Made by a program: the position numbers and the translations under genes. This document shows, in pieces, positions 45,749 through 59,591 of a stretch of DNA of 64,000 nucleotides. Under the pieces are notes generated by a model, which saw nothing but the letters and a program-made list of their open reading frames with translations, made no database searches and was not told the DNA's origin. Source of the stretch: Tubulanus polymorphus (Eukaryota; Animalia; Nemertea); NCBI RefSeq assembly GCF_964204645.1, contig NC_134025.1, forward strand, positions 18,389,101 to 18,453,100, read 5' to 3'. Every line of letters begins with the position of its first letter. Within the stretch, counting starts at the first letter, position 1.

Positions 45749-48700
45749 GAAGCAAATAAGTACTACTGTCCAACATGTAATATCAATTTAGATAAATCCC
45801 AAAAATCAAGACACAATAACACTAAAACACATTTAGAGAATAAATTGAAATTAGAATATAAAGATGATATATTAGAAACTAAATTAGAAGAATTAAAGAA
45901 TGAAAAAGAAACCTACAAATGTGATACAAATGTGATACATCATTCATTCAGTGATAAAAGATATTATAAAGAACATTTAAAATCTAAAAGTCATATTGGA
46001 AATATGAATAATGATATTTTAGGTGAGGATTATTTTGATAATGACAATGATAAGAAACATAAGACAATTAAAAGAATAAGAAATAAATTAAACAATAAAA
46101 GACCATACATGGAAGATGTAAGAAATTATATTAATTCATTAGATAATAAAAAAGATATAGAGATGACCGAAGCATTTAAAAGTGATATTGGTCCAGCAGC
46201 TATTGAGTTTAAATTTCATAAAGGAAAAACATTAGAAGAAAATAAAAAACATTTAGAAAATATGAAAAATATTATAAAAATAATTACTGTTATGTTGAAT
46301 ACCCTAAAATTAGTATATCTTCTAAAGTAAAGTTTATAAAATCTGAAGATAAACTAATATATAATATAAATTCTCATTCACAACATATTATATCTAAACA
46401 ACATATAGATGAAAAATTAGATAAATGTTATAATGAAGTAAAAACTAAAATAGAAGAGAAATATTTTGAAGGATCTGGTTTAATATTTGATGAAATAATA
46501 TTTATGACTTTACATGTTTATAACACAAAATATAATAAGTTAACTAAATCGAAACCAATAGATGAAAATAATGTATCATATGATAAAGAACCAGATATTG
46601 AAGCGTCGAGTTATATCAAATTACCATTTAAAAACTAATGCTGTTATAAATGTACAAAATGAAGATGATAAATGTTTTCTATGGGCAATAATTAGTTGTT
46701 TACACCCAGTTGAAGATTATAATAAACATACTTATAGATTAACTCATTATAAACCATTTGAAAATAATTATAAGATAGATAATTATCCTGTTAGAATTAA
46801 AAATATCCCAAAAATAAAAAGAGATAATAATCTAAGAATAAATGTATTTGATTTAATCAAATTGCCAAATACAAAAGGTAACAATATAAAACATTATACA
46901 TTAGAACCTTTATATCTATCAAAAGATTATGATTCAAACGATGTTATAGATACATTATATTATGAGAATCATTATATGTGGATTAAACAAATCGATTTAT
47001 TTTTAAATCAGAAAATGATTTTGATAATAAAATATATATATGTAGAAAATGTTTACATAAATTCAGAACTGAAAGTGCATTATTAAATCATAAACAATTA
47101 TGTGAAAATCATGATTATTGTAAATTAGTTTTACCAAATGAAAAGGATAAAATATTAGAATTCACAAAATATGATTACAAAAATAAAGTACCATTTGTTA
47201 TATATGGAGATTTTGATTCATTAAATAAAGAACTAACTGATCAAGATAGAAAAGAAATATATTATAAAAGAAAGAAATCAAATTCTAATGAAAATGATTT
47301 TTCAGATGAACCACCAAAAACAAATACAATTAAAAACATTCATCAATCAGCTGCTGCTTTCGGGTTATATATAAAATCTGATTATCCAGAACAAATTGAA
47401 AGTGAATATTATGATTACAGAAATGAAAATGTTATCAATCATTTTTGTGACTTATTAATTGAATATGAAATAAGATTTAGTAAATTATTGAATATAAATA
47501 TAGAAATTATAATGACAGAAGAAGATAAAGAAGCATTTGAGTTTGCAGATAAATGTTATTATTGTGAAAAGATATTTAATTATAAAGATAAAAAAGTAAG
47601 AGACCATGATCATTTGAATGGAAAGTTTAGAGGTGCCGCACATGAGAATTGTAACTTACAAGCTAAGAAAATTAACTTTGTTCCAGTTATATTTCATAAT
47701 CTATCAGGATATGATGCACATTTATTCATCAAACAGTTATGCCATAAAATAGAAGAAATTAATAATGAAATAGAAAGATTGAATTCAAATAGATCAAAAG
47801 ATAAAATACCAACTTATAAATTTAAAATGTTAGCTAGAACATCTGAGAATTATATATCATTCCAATTTGGTTGCCTAAGATTTATAGATTCATATAGATT
47901 TTTAGGTAGTTCATTAGATAACTTATCAAAATCATTAGTTGATGATGAATTAAAAATATTAAAACAACACTATCCAAATAATGATGATTTTAAATTAATG
48001 AGATATAAAGGCGCAATTCCATATTCTTTCTATAAAAATCATAATGATTTCAATATAACTGAATTATTAAAAGAACAATTCTATGATGAATTAAAAAATG
48101 AATATGTTAAAGATGAAGTATATAATAGAACATTGAATATTTGGAATCATTTCAAAATAGGAAATCATGGACAATTAGTAGATTCATATCTAAAATCAGA
48201 TGTATTATTATAAACTGATATATTCGAAAGGTTTAGAGATGTAAACCTAAAATATTTTAACATTGATCCATGTCATTGTTATTCTAGTCCAGGTTTAACA
48301 TGGGATTGTGGATTAAAATTTACAGATATAAAAATGGATTTGTTAACAAATATAGATCAATTACTATCATTTGAAAAATCTATAAGAGGAGGAGTTTCGG
48401 GTGTATTAGGGGATAGATATTTCAATGTAAATGATAACCCTGGATATAAATTATTATATATAGATGCAAATAATCTTTATGGTTGGGCAATGATGGAACC
48501 AAAACCTTATGGAGTATTTGAAATAAGTGAAGTTTTACAACATGAAAATAATGACAAATTTGATTGGAAGAAAAGAATTCTAGATATTGCAGATGATTCA
48601 GATACTGGTTACTTTTTTGTTGTAGATTTAGAATATCCTGAACATATTAAATTTAAATCTAGAAATCTAGCATACTGTCCCGAACATAAAACTGTAACTC

Positions 48701-49797
48701 ATGAAGAATTATCAAATTATCAAAAAAGAATTAAACCTGAAAATCATATTCATACAGAAAAGTTAATGGTAACTCAGGAAGATAAATATAATTATGTAGT
48801 ACATTATAGAATGTTGAAGTTTTATTTGAATCAAGGAATGATTCTAAAAAAAGTACATAGATATATTTCATTTAGCCAATCTAAGTGGTTAGAAAAATAT
48901 ATAGATTTTAACACCAAACAGAGAACTGAAGCTAAAACTGATTTCGAGAAAGATTTCTTCAAGTTAATGAACAATGCATTCTGTGGTAAGACTTGTGAAA
49001 ATATTACAAACAGAAATGATATTGAGTTAGTTAGTAATGGCAAAAGGATAAGGCATTTACAAACATATCCTAAATTTATAGGTAACAGAATATTTGATGA
49101 AAATTTAGCTGCAGTTAAAATGAGAAGAACATCAATGAAATTTAATAAACCAATCTATGTTGGTGCTTCAGTTTTAGAAATCTCAAAGCTATTAATGTAT
49201 GAATTCTATTATAATGTATTACAACCTCATTTTGGAGAAAAGCATATAGAAATCTTATATTTTGATACTGACAGTTACATATTAAAGATAAAAACTAATA
49301 ACATAACTGATGATTTAAAAACATTAAAACATCATTTTGATTTCAGTAACTATCCTAAAGATCATGAATTGTTTAGCAATGATAATGAAAAAGTTCCTGG
49401 TAAATTCAAAGATGAATTAGGTGGTGAAGAAATGATTGAATTCATTGGTATTAGATCTAAAATGTATTCATATAAAACTAAAGAACATGAAGCTAAAAAG
49501 TTAAAAGGAATAACCAAAAGTGCAGTAGAAAAGAATATTCATTTCAAAGATTATATCAATTGTATATTCAAAGAAGAAGTTAGAAAACATAAAATGAGAT
49601 GTTTAAGATCTGAAGATCATGAAATGTTTATTGAAGAGATAGAGAAGATAAGTCTAAACCCATTTAATGATAAAAGATATATTCTGGATGATGGAATTCG
49701 TACAGTTGCTTATGGTTGTAATTTAGATGAATACTTAAAATTTAAAAGAGAAGAAACAAAAGAGAACGAGATAATGAAAAGAATTCTAACGTGTTAA
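45746..49797 (+). pseudogene. polB: Full-length protein-primed PolB (ZnF, putative terminal protein, vOTU-like, exonuclease with endonuclease VII insert, polymerase), several frameshifts/stops
   Basis: YYCPTC..H..H; NEDDKCFLWAI..HYMWIK; IYGDFDS; CYYC..VRDHDHLNGKFRGAAHENCN; FHNLSGYDAH; YIDANNLYG, KLMNNAFCGK, YFDTDS. Confidence 0.94.
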
Positions 49798-49826
49798 TCA
49801 AATTTTAATAAAAATATGTATTATAA

Positions 49827-50180
49827 ATGGAGAGTAAACAAGCACACAGTGAGAACAACAAATTATTTCCAGATAGAATAAAAGATACTTCAAATGTCAA
49901 ATCAGTAGATTATAAATTTAAGAAGTTAAAAGAATTAATAATCCATAAGAAATATCTAATTACAAATATTGATACAGTTACTAACAAATATGGAGATAAA
50001 TTAGTTATACACTTAGAATATGAAGGATTAAAAGGAAATACATATAAATTCAGAACATATTTACCAGATAGATTTCGTAGATTATCAAGTGAAGATCTAG
50101 AAGAATTATGTTCTGGAGATTTCTATTTCGTATACAAAGGTAAGAATGAAAAAGGGCATCATGAAATAGATTTCGAATAA
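49827..50180 (+). CDS. Conserved 117-aa protein (copy C)
   Basis: Near-identical to 5743-6096. Confidence 0.7.
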   Translation: MESKQAHSENNKLFPDRIKDTSNVKSVDYKFKKLKELIIHKKYLITNIDTVTNKYGDKLVIHLEYEGLKGNTYKFRTYLPDRFRRLSSEDLEELCSGDFYFVYKGKNEKGHHEIDFE

Positions 50181-50197
50181 GAAAATATGTAAAATAA

Positions 50198-50959
50198 ATG
50201 GTAGAATTAAAAGAATACAGAATATTTGTTGATTCTAGAAGACTTACAAATTATAAATCACATAATTTACTAGTACAATTAGATAGAGAATTTAAGAATT
50301 GTGTTGATTTAAAATAAGTAAATATAAGTTTACGTAATTCTTTTTATAATATAACGAATAAAACTATTGAACATAGAGCCTTTTTAATTTTTGATAAAGG
50401 TAAAAATGAATGGTCTTATATATATCTAAAACCGGGGTTATATAATTTAGATACATTTGCACAAGAAATTAATAGAAAAGCCTGGCACAAATTAGGTAGT
50501 AGTTCTGGGTTTAGTATTAGATTTTTAAAAAGTGATAGTTCTGATAGAATAAAGATAAGGTTGTCTAATAGTGAAAAACATAAATTTATGGTAAAAAAAC
50601 CTAGAGCTAAACTGTTAGGAATTCTTCCAGATAGATCTTTTAAAAATATTGATGCTGTTACACCAAACTTAATACCTTACACACATTTTTTTATTTATTG
50701 CAATTTAATCGATCCTACAAAAAAATTCGAAGCAACTAAAGATATAACTTGTAATTCTGGTTTACTAAACATTTTACCATTGAAGAATGTTAAAGAATTT
50801 GGAACGCAAATAAATTATAATTTAACAGAATGTGATTTCAAACCATGCATTCCTCGTTTTAATAATTTTAGATTAGAAATTAGAAATCATAATGGATACT
50901 TAATTGATTTAAATAATTTCCCTGTAATTTATGAATTAGTTATAAGATGTAAAAAGTAA
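50198..50959 (+). pseudogene. Penton/minor capsid protein, frameshifted (copy C)
   Basis: HFFIYCNLI..FRLEIRNHNGYLIDLNNFPVIYELVI. Confidence 0.72.
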
Positions 50960-50976
50960 TTTTTTTCACTATACAA

Positions 50977-51318
50977 ATGAATTATACTGTTGGACCGAGT
51001 ATATGTTTTGGGTTTGATTTTAAACATGGTAAAGAAATGAGAATTAAACTAAATGATGTAATTACTGATATAAAATGTAAATCATTTAACAATGCATCAA
51101 TGATTAATAAAGAAAATTGTAATATAGAAAAAGTAATTGATTTAATTAAATCACCTTTAGAATATTATGAATTAAATGAAGATGGAATTATTGATGATAT
51201 TAAAAACATATTAACCAAAATATATGATAATCATAAAAGTAGTAATGAAATAAATGTTGAATTAATCATAAATAAGTTAACTAAATATTTTGAAGATAGT
51301 AATTTTTTTGATAAATAA
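50977..51318 (+). CDS. Hypothetical protein (113 aa)
   Basis: Homolog of 6882-7238. Confidence 0.68.
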   Translation: MNYTVGPSICFGFDFKHGKEMRIKLNDVITDIKCKSFNNASMINKENCNIEKVIDLIKSPLEYYELNEDGIIDDIKNILTKIYDNHKSSNEINVELIINKLTKYFEDSNFFDK

Positions 51319-51540
51319 ATGAGTGATAATAAGTGGATAATAACTGAATTATATAATGGCGCATTACTATCAGTTGGAACTGTTGGTTATTCAATGGTAT
51401 TGAAAAAAGTATTTAAAATGGGAAGTGTTAATGTTGATAGATTTGATATTAATGATATTTTAAAATTAACATTAGCAGTTACTTTATCTAATTTAACTAT
51501 TGATTATTTGGAAAAACAAAAATATATTCCTCCTATATAA
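51319..51540 (+). CDS. Small hydrophobic protein (73 aa)
   Basis: Homolog of 7239-7460. Confidence 0.75.
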   Translation: MSDNKWIITELYNGALLSVGTVGYSMVLKKVFKMGSVNVDRFDINDILKLTLAVTLSNLTIDYLEKQKYIPPI

Positions 51541-51564
51541 ATGCATAATTATTTTACTAAATAA

Positions 51565-51985
51565 ATGGCTTCTGCAGTTATAACTATTATAGGATCGGCA
51601 ATTGTTAACGCTTTAGCATTTACTGGTGGTGGATATTTATTTAAGCATATTGATAAAAATGGATCATTAACAGAACAAAAAAGACATAATTTAGCATTAG
51701 AAAAATATAATAAAGAAGCGGAAGAATATAGAGAAAAGAGGCAAAACTATATGGATTATATTAACAAGGAATTATATGATCAGAAGATTTCACATAGAGA
51801 TTTTCAATCAGTTGATGATGCAATGAGTTTATATAACGGTAACAAATAAAGAAAAATTACATCTATACAAACCTAAATTATCAGATTATTATACCCCAAG
51901 TAATGAACAGAAGAAATATGAAATAATATGGATTTTAGGCGGAACAGTTATTGTTATATTTGTAGCGTATAGATGTACTAATTAG
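51565..51985 (+). pseudogene. MASA-type membrane protein, frameshifted
   Basis: Homolog of 7486-7908 with a frameshift near 51838. Confidence 0.72.
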
Positions 51986-52006
51986 TAATTTTTTTTTGCT
52001 AAATAA

Positions 52007-52424
52007 ATGGATGATAATATTGATATTATTCCTCATGATATAAATAAAACTATATTAAAAACATATTTAGAAAAACAAATATTATAATTTGAAAGTGACT
52101 TAAAGATAAAAAAGAAAGAATATTTAAAAAATAAAAATTATATATTATCTTATTATTAGTGGTTCAGTTACAATTAGTTCTGTAATAACATTTTTAGCAA
52201 TATTCAGTCCATTAACACCTTTAGCTATATCAATTGGCGTATTAGGATTAAGTTCAAGTGTTTTAACTGGTATAAGTTCAAAATTAAATATAAAAAGTAA
52301 TAAAGAAAAAATTAAAACTAATATAAAAGAAATTAAAAAATACACTAGATTATATAATAAGTTTAAATGGCCATATAACAGTTGAAGAACAAGATAAATT
52401 ATTAAAAGAACTAGTTAATTATTA
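52007..52424 (+). pseudogene. Two-TM membrane protein, frameshifted
   Basis: Homolog of 7927-8359. Confidence 0.62.
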
Positions 52425-52441
52425 ATTCTTTAATTATATAA

Positions 52442-53763
52442 ATGGTAGATAGTTTTCCAAAAGCTTTCCAATATAATAAATCAATTAAATATAATATTCC
52501 TGCAATAGATTTTAATAAAGATATTTCATATAGAAATGAAGTTTTAAATTCAGTAATTGATTTATATATTTATGTCACTGAAAGTAATAATTTTCATGTA
52601 AAGATGTAAAATATATTTCATGTGTATACAATTAATTTTAAAAATTTAAATGAGGCAAAACAATGGTTATTAAAATCTAATATGAAGTATTGGCAGAACC
52701 AATTAAATTATGCTGTTTATTGTGCAACAACAGGATGTGGAATTAGTTGGAATGATCATTTAAACAAACCAAGTTTACCATTGATGTTATCACTTTTTAG
52801 ATTTCATACTTATTTTCAAATAGAATTAATATTAGATGAATTAGAATGTCCTTTACCAGGTTCAAAATATTTTAAAGAATTGAATAATAAAATTAATTTT
52901 TCTAAGTTTTATAAAATATGTAATGAATTTAATATTAATTCAAATAAAGATTTTAGAGCAAAAATTGGAACAATGGGTGGATTAGGAATATTATATACTA
53001 AAGAATTTGGAAAAATAATGACAAATTCAGATATAAGAACACTAAATTGGAATGAATTACCAAAATATTATAATAATATACAACAACAAAACAATAATGG
53101 TTGGGTTTATTTCATTTTAGAAAATAGTGAAGGTTTTACTAAAGCTGGAATACAAAGAATAAATCAATCTATTAGAAATTATTTGATATGTATTTTAGGT
53201 GCGCAAGTTGAAACAAGATCACCAATAGTTGGAAATGATAACACTTCATTCGATGCGCAGAAACAATTCAAAGTATTATTTGAAGATTCCATTCATAATG
53301 ATAAAAATAGATCGATTCCAGAAAACATTGTAAGATATCAAAATTATTTAGATAAATAACATATTAGATTAAATTATTGTATAGGCCCTAATCTATTAAT
53401 TATTTCTAATGATTTAGTATTAAAGATGGGAAATATAATTGGTTATAATAATCTAATTAAAACTGCGACAATAAATAATTCATTTTGATTGAATGATATT
53501 AATAAAAAAGATAATTACTGCTCCAAAATTAATGGAAGGTGAAAAAAATAAAAAAACACATTCAATCAACTGAAACTAAAAATATTAAATTGGATAATGA
53601 TTCTAAAATAAAAGATTACAATACATCAGAAAATATTAAAACTGATAATATTCAACATGATATAATTAAAACTAATGATGATAATAAATCCCATGAAAAT
53701 ACTAAATTTGCTTTAACTTGTATAGGAATTGTAATCGGAGGAATATTATATTTTAAATTTTAA
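52442..53763 (+). pseudogene. YWQNQLN/CATTGCG protein with C-terminal TM, several stops
   Basis: Homolog of 8376-9687. Confidence 0.72.
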
Positions 53764-53779
53764 TTTTTTTATTATATAA

Positions 53780-55189
53780 ATGGATGTAGAAGGTGGAGAA
53801 GATATTGGAATGGAAGGCACGGGAAATAATAATGAAGGATATATTGATGATGATTATAATGATGCTGAAACTAATATTGATGATAATTCATCAGCGCGTA
53901 ATTCTAATTTAGCAGAGAGTGGTTCTAATGCCCCATCAACAGATGAATTTGATAGAACTAGATCGAGAATAAATCCTGAAAATGAAAATCAAGGTTTATT
54001 AAAGCAAAATTTAGAATATAATGAATATATTTATAATTTCAAACATGTATTTGAAAAATCTGGATATAATATCAATGATAGAGGCGCCAGACAAAATTTT
54101 TTAGACGGTGAATATTATTATAAATTGAAAGATGATTATTATATTGATATCTCTTATAAAAAACAAGAAGAAATATTAGCAGAATCAACTTTGCTTAAGT
54201 TAGACCTATCTAGAATTAAAAGAATAAGAAATAGTGATGAAATAGAAGATGTAACACAAGAAGAAATTATTAAAAATGAATGAGTATTTGAACAAAGAAT
54301 TAATAAATTATTTGAAACAATCGATAATAATTTAGAACCAAAAACAACTTCTGGTAAACTTAAATCAAATAAAGTTCCAATTGAAAAACTTTTACCAAAT
54401 GGATTACTTGATGCAACAGATCAAGAATTAGAAGATTTAGATATATTTTCTGATAAAGCAATTAGAGAAATTATTAGTATAAGACTTGCATCTGATAAAA
54501 TTGCACATGATAAAAGTATAAGAGATTTTAAAATTAGAACTTTGGAAAAAGAATTAACTAATGCAAATAAAGAAATAGAACAACTAAAGTCTGATTAAGA
54601 TCATCAAGTAATTGATGAAATAGAATATAGGCAAAAAGAATTACGTTTAGAAAAAGAAATTAATAATTTAAAAGATAATTTAGAAGTACAGAAAGAAGAA
54701 ATTAAATTATTATTAAAATCACATGATTATAATATTAATAGATTAAAAGGTATTTTTAAAGATTTGTTGATAAAACCAAATTCTGAAATATCATTGAAAG
54801 ATAGTATAAAATTATTATTTAAATTAGAAGGAATAACAATTTTTTCAATTCTAACAGCTGTAACTATGTTATTTACAACAATTGGTTAAGCAATATCAAA
54901 TTCTTTGAAATCTACTCCTACTCCCAATAAACCGGATAAACCCCCAGATAATAATAATTCTATACAAGATAAAGTTAAAGATGGTTTAAAGAAATTAGCA
55001 AAATATTTATGGGAGCTATCAAAAAAATCTGCTGCAGCACTGCCCGGAGTTATTGCATCAATTATTGGTTTTATATTGAAATCTGCTGGGAATATTATTA
55101 ACCTTGCTGCTGAACATATTATTTTATTTTTAATTACAGTTGTAAGTGCTATTATTTTTGGGTTAGTAAACATGATAAAAAATAAATAA
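53780..55189 (+). pseudogene. Acidic/coiled-coil/multi-TM protein, several stops
   Basis: Uninterrupted homolog of 9688-16601. Confidence 0.75.
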
Positions 55190-55209
55190 TTAATTTTTTT
55201 GTTAAATAA

Positions 55210-56452
55210 ATGAGTGGGAGTTATATCAATCCTTCTAAGAATCATAGAATATCTAATGCTATTAAAGCAGAAAGATCACATCATATAATTACTCATAACC
55301 CTTCTAATATAAATCCTGATGAAACTTTATATGTTAGAATCCCTAGATTAACACAAAATACTTTTTATGTTCCAAATAGTATTTATTTATCAGCCGATAT
55401 AAAAGTAATCGGTAATAATAATAATTATGTTGTCGATAATGTTGGGAGGTATTTGATTAAAAAATTAACAATAAAGATTGGTCCAGAAACAGTTTTCTCA
55501 TTAGATGATTATAATTTATTTATGCATTATAATGATTTATGGTTAACTAAAGAAAATAGAAATAATATGATATTTCAAGGCATCCAATCAGAAAACCAAA
55601 ATAAATTAAGATCAGAAGCTAATAGCGCAATATTAACTAATGCTATAGATAAATTGATAAAAAGTATATATGGAAGCAAATATAAAATTCCATTAGACTT
55701 TGAATTGATAAATAATAATGCGCCTTTATATAAATACGCAATTCAAGAAGATGTTATATTCGAAATAACATTTGCTCCTGTAAATGAAATTGTAATATCT
55801 AGCGTTAATAAAGATGTGGGTTATAAATTATCGAATATATGTTTAGAATATGATACAGTAACTGATGAAAATATTTCAAGTATAATTCAAACTCAATACA
55901 ATCAAGGATTTTCATTATTATATGATTATAATGATAAATTTAAAACCGTAACTATCAATGCAAATGATGAAATAATTAATGAGAATATTAACTTCCCAAG
56001 AAGATCTATTAAAGGTATATTAATATTTTTTACCATTGCAACATATACTAATGGTGCAATAAATGTTGATAATTATTATAATCCTGAAATAACAAAAGTA
56101 GAAATAACTATCGAAGGAATAGCAAATAAAATATTTTGTCAAGGAATGAGAATGATTGATCAATGGCCAGAAATTAGAAAACATTTTATGAATGAAAAAG
56201 TAAAATCATCTGAAAATTGTAATATTAATCAAATTGATTATTATACCGGTAATAAATATGCATTATGGTTAGATTTTAGAACAACAGAGGATAATTCATT
56301 ACATGGTTCTGGAAAAAAACTACAGAACACTAAAGATGGAATACAATTATTCATGACAAAGAATAAAGGAATCAAAAATTTCAAAATGCACATTTATATC
56401 TGACGCGCAATTAGATATTGTAAATTCTCAATTAAATAGTGTTATGTATTAG
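55210..56452 (+). CDS. Major capsid protein (copy C), frameshift in the last ~17 codons
   Basis: 397-aa ORF 55210-56403, near-identical to copy A MCP. Confidence 0.82.
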
Positions 56453-56484
56453 AATTTTAACTTTAATAAAAATTTATATAATAA

Positions 56485-57335
56485 ATGGAAGGAGGTAAAG
56501 TATATAAACATATTCCATACATCGATTCACATGAAAATAATGATGGTTTATATTATGTAATACCTTGTAATATAGCTTTGATATTTGATCCTATTTTCAA
56601 AATTTATAAAACTAAACTAATAGAAATCGATAATAATAAAAGTGGTGTTGTTGATAATTTAAGTAGTAATTGATAATAATGTAATACCTTCTACATCTAA
56701 TAAAGTAATACCTTCTACAGCTAATAATGGAATACCTTCTACATCTAATAATGTAATACCTTCTACATCTAATAATGTAATACCTTCTACATCAAATAAT
56801 GAAATAATATTAAATATCAGTGAAAATAGAAATTATTGTGATTCTTGTAAAGGTGAATTTTCAAATGCTCCATCAAATTGGAATAAACATATGAATACAA
56901 AGGTACATATTACTAATGTAATAGAACGTGTTGGTTTATGAGAATTTATAGAACACCCATATATATATATATGTTACAAAGTTTGTTTCAAATAAAAAAG
57001 TAAATGGTAAAGAATTATAAGAACATTTATTAGGTGAATTTTTATCTAAGGAACCTAGTAATGATAAATTAGATTTATCTGCTGCTAATAAAATATTATG
57101 ATCAAACATTGTAAATGAAATATTAGGAGCAAACACTAAGAAAGATGATAATGAAAATATAGTTACAAATATTGATATTAAAGATAATGTGGATACATTT
57201 TTTACGAAAGATAAAGTAGTAACTATTGATGATGCGGTAAAAAGGATGAATAAGTATAACAATAATGAAGAATTTGAAGAAGATTCGGTAGAGAGTTTGA
57301 ATAAATTGTTAGGGTCTGATAGTGAAAGTGATTAA
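56485..57335 (+). pseudogene. Variable-slot protein with PSTSNNVI repeats and zinc finger
   Basis: MEGG start as in 17918; 24-bp repeats taataccttctacatctaataatg; YCDSCKGEF..WNKHMNTKVH. Confidence 0.62.
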
Positions 57336-57529
57336 GATATTAATTATATTTAACTCAAATAATAATATTGGTTGAAAATTGTATAAAATAATAGTAAATA
57401 AAAAAGGGGGTTTTAAGTATTTAAGGTATCTAATAGGGTATCTAATACATAGTAGGTATTAGGGTATCTAATAGGGTATCAGGTATTAGGGTATCTAATA
57501 GGGCATCTAATACATAGGTATATAAATAG

Positions 57530-58141
57530 TTATTTTATAAATTTATATTCATAGGGAAATTGAAACCTAAGTAATAATTTTGAACCTTTATTATTCTTTG
57601 ATTTATTCATATATTCATCATATAATTCAGTAGGTATAATATCATTTTCTTCCAATGATTGTTGCTTAGATTTTTTAGATTTGTTATAAAATAAAACTAG
57701 AAATCTTATATTATCCCTAAAGTCTTTAACAATTGAATTATATTTTTGATTTAAAACCCATGTTGTTATCCCAAAATGTCTCCCAGAGAAAGCTAAATAA
57801 CATAACTCACTTTCTCTAACTTTTGAATCATGTAAATTTGCACAATCATCTATAATGAATAATGTATTTGATCCTTTATAAGTATCAATTGCTATTTTAA
57901 TACAATTATCTAAATTTTCTTTTACTGTTTTAGGATCTAATATAATAAACTTTTTCATCTTAACTATATCTCTATTATATGTTTTATTCATTTCATAAGT
58001 AGGACAAAATAATATTATATTATCAAAATGATTCTTATAAATAGTTTCTAACAAGTCTAATATGAAATGTGTTTTACCACAGTTGGATGCCCCAGTTATT
58101 AACATATTATGCGGTTCAAATATAAATAAATCTTTATTCAT
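57530..58141 (-). CDS. A32-like packaging ATPase, intact (copy C)
   Basis: GASNCGKT, FIIDD, SGRHFGITTWVLNQ. Confidence 0.92.
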   Translation of the reverse strand: MNKDLFIFEPHNMLITGASNCGKTHFILDLLETIYKNHFDNIILFCPTYEMNKTYNRDIVKMKKFIILDPKTVKENLDNCIKIAIDTYKGSNTLFIIDDCANLHDSKVRESELCYLAFSGRHFGITTWVLNQKYNSIVKDFRDNIRFLVLFYNKSKKSKQQSLEENDIIPTELYDEYMNKSKNNKGSKLLLRFQFPYEYKFIK

Positions 58142-59226
58142 TTATTCTTTTAATTTTACTAGATAAAATCCATTCATTAAATTTATCATCATATCCTTTA
58201 TATTTCACCAAAGAATACTTTTTTCCTTTAAGAGTTTTTGTTTTCAATACTTTTTCTATTTTGTATTCTATTTCATCTGGGTTTGGCACAAGTGATAATT
58301 CTTGTTCATAGAAATAACCTTATATTTCTTCATCTTTTAGATCTTCTAGTTTATAAACAAAAGGTTTAGTTAATATTGTCTTTTTAATCTTGAATATTTC
58401 TTCTGTAAAATTAGGGGTATAACCTTTATGAAAGGTTTTTCTATATTTAGATATTCTAACGTGTTGACCAATTTTAAATTTAGGTTCACCGAAATCATGT
58501 GTAACAAATGCTCCATATAAATTATTCCAAACTATTTCCGAATTATCTTCTTTTCTAGCTTGTATAGGTTTCATATTTATAGAACTATGTTTAGAATTAT
58601 TATAACCTTTCACTAAATCATCTAACACATCGATATATTTATATGTTTCATTAGCAGTAAAATATTTCCACATTCTAGTTTTCGATGTTTTATTAAATCT
58701 TTCTATAATAGATGCTTTTTTATCTGAGTGTGTTGAAAAATAATCTACATCGTTATCAGATAATAGTTTTTTTTAAATGTTTGTTAAAAAATTCCTTACC
58801 TTCATCAAATTGTATCTTATCTGGAATAGCTTCTTTAAATATTGATTTAAAAGCATTTGTTACTTATATACCAGTTTTATTTTTGATTGGAATTGACCAT
58901 GCGTATCTACTGAATATGTCTATAACATTCAATATCCAGAAATATCCTTTGTTGTATTGCTCTAAGTTCTTCATGTCAATTAAATCTGCTTGCCATTGTT
59001 GATCGATATATGAAACCATAACTTTTCTTGTTAAATAAGTTTTATCCATTTTCTTGTGGATTTGATATGTTGGTTGATTTTGTAACCATGATTTTAATTC
59101 ACTATATTTTATATTACCATTTTCTTTATCAGATTTAATTTTATCCCATAATTTTGAAACGTTAGAATATGATACTTCACTTTCTGGGTTATAATATAAC
59201 CCTCTTAAATATTGTTCTTTTTTAAT
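58134..59226 (-). pseudogene. Integrase-chromodomain, disrupted (copy C)
   Basis: Colinear with 19966-21057; start codon mutated, internal stops and frameshift. Confidence 0.9.
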
Positions 59227-59240
59227 CTTATTTCAATCCA

Positions 59241-59591
59241 TTAATAATAATTTAGATTTAGTTTATGATTTGACTTATTTTCTGGTATAATAGGTTTATC
59301 ATCATTGGAATCATCTTTATCATCAGATTTATACTTATATTTATATATTACACCGGATAATATAATAACTGTAATTAACCCAATTGTAATATTTAAGTAA
59401 TTATTTCTTCCACTATTAGAAGAATTAGATGGATTATTATTTGAAGTAATATCAGATAAAGTCTGTGATTCATTTATATCAGTTAATTTCTTTTTCTTAG
59501 CTTTTTTTAATTCTGCAGATCTTTTACCTAATTCTCTTGCCCATTTAATTTGTTTCTCGGATGTAACCTTTTTCTTAACGCCATCACTCAT
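59241..59591 (-). CDS. Small basic single-TM protein (copy C)
   Basis: Homolog of 21112-21432. Confidence 0.7.
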   Translation of the reverse strand: MSDGVKKKVTSEKQIKWARELGKRSAELKKAKKKKLTDINESQTLSDITSNNNPSNSSNSGRNNYLNITIGLITVIILSGVIYKYKYKSDDKDDSNDDKPIIPENKSNHKLNLNYY

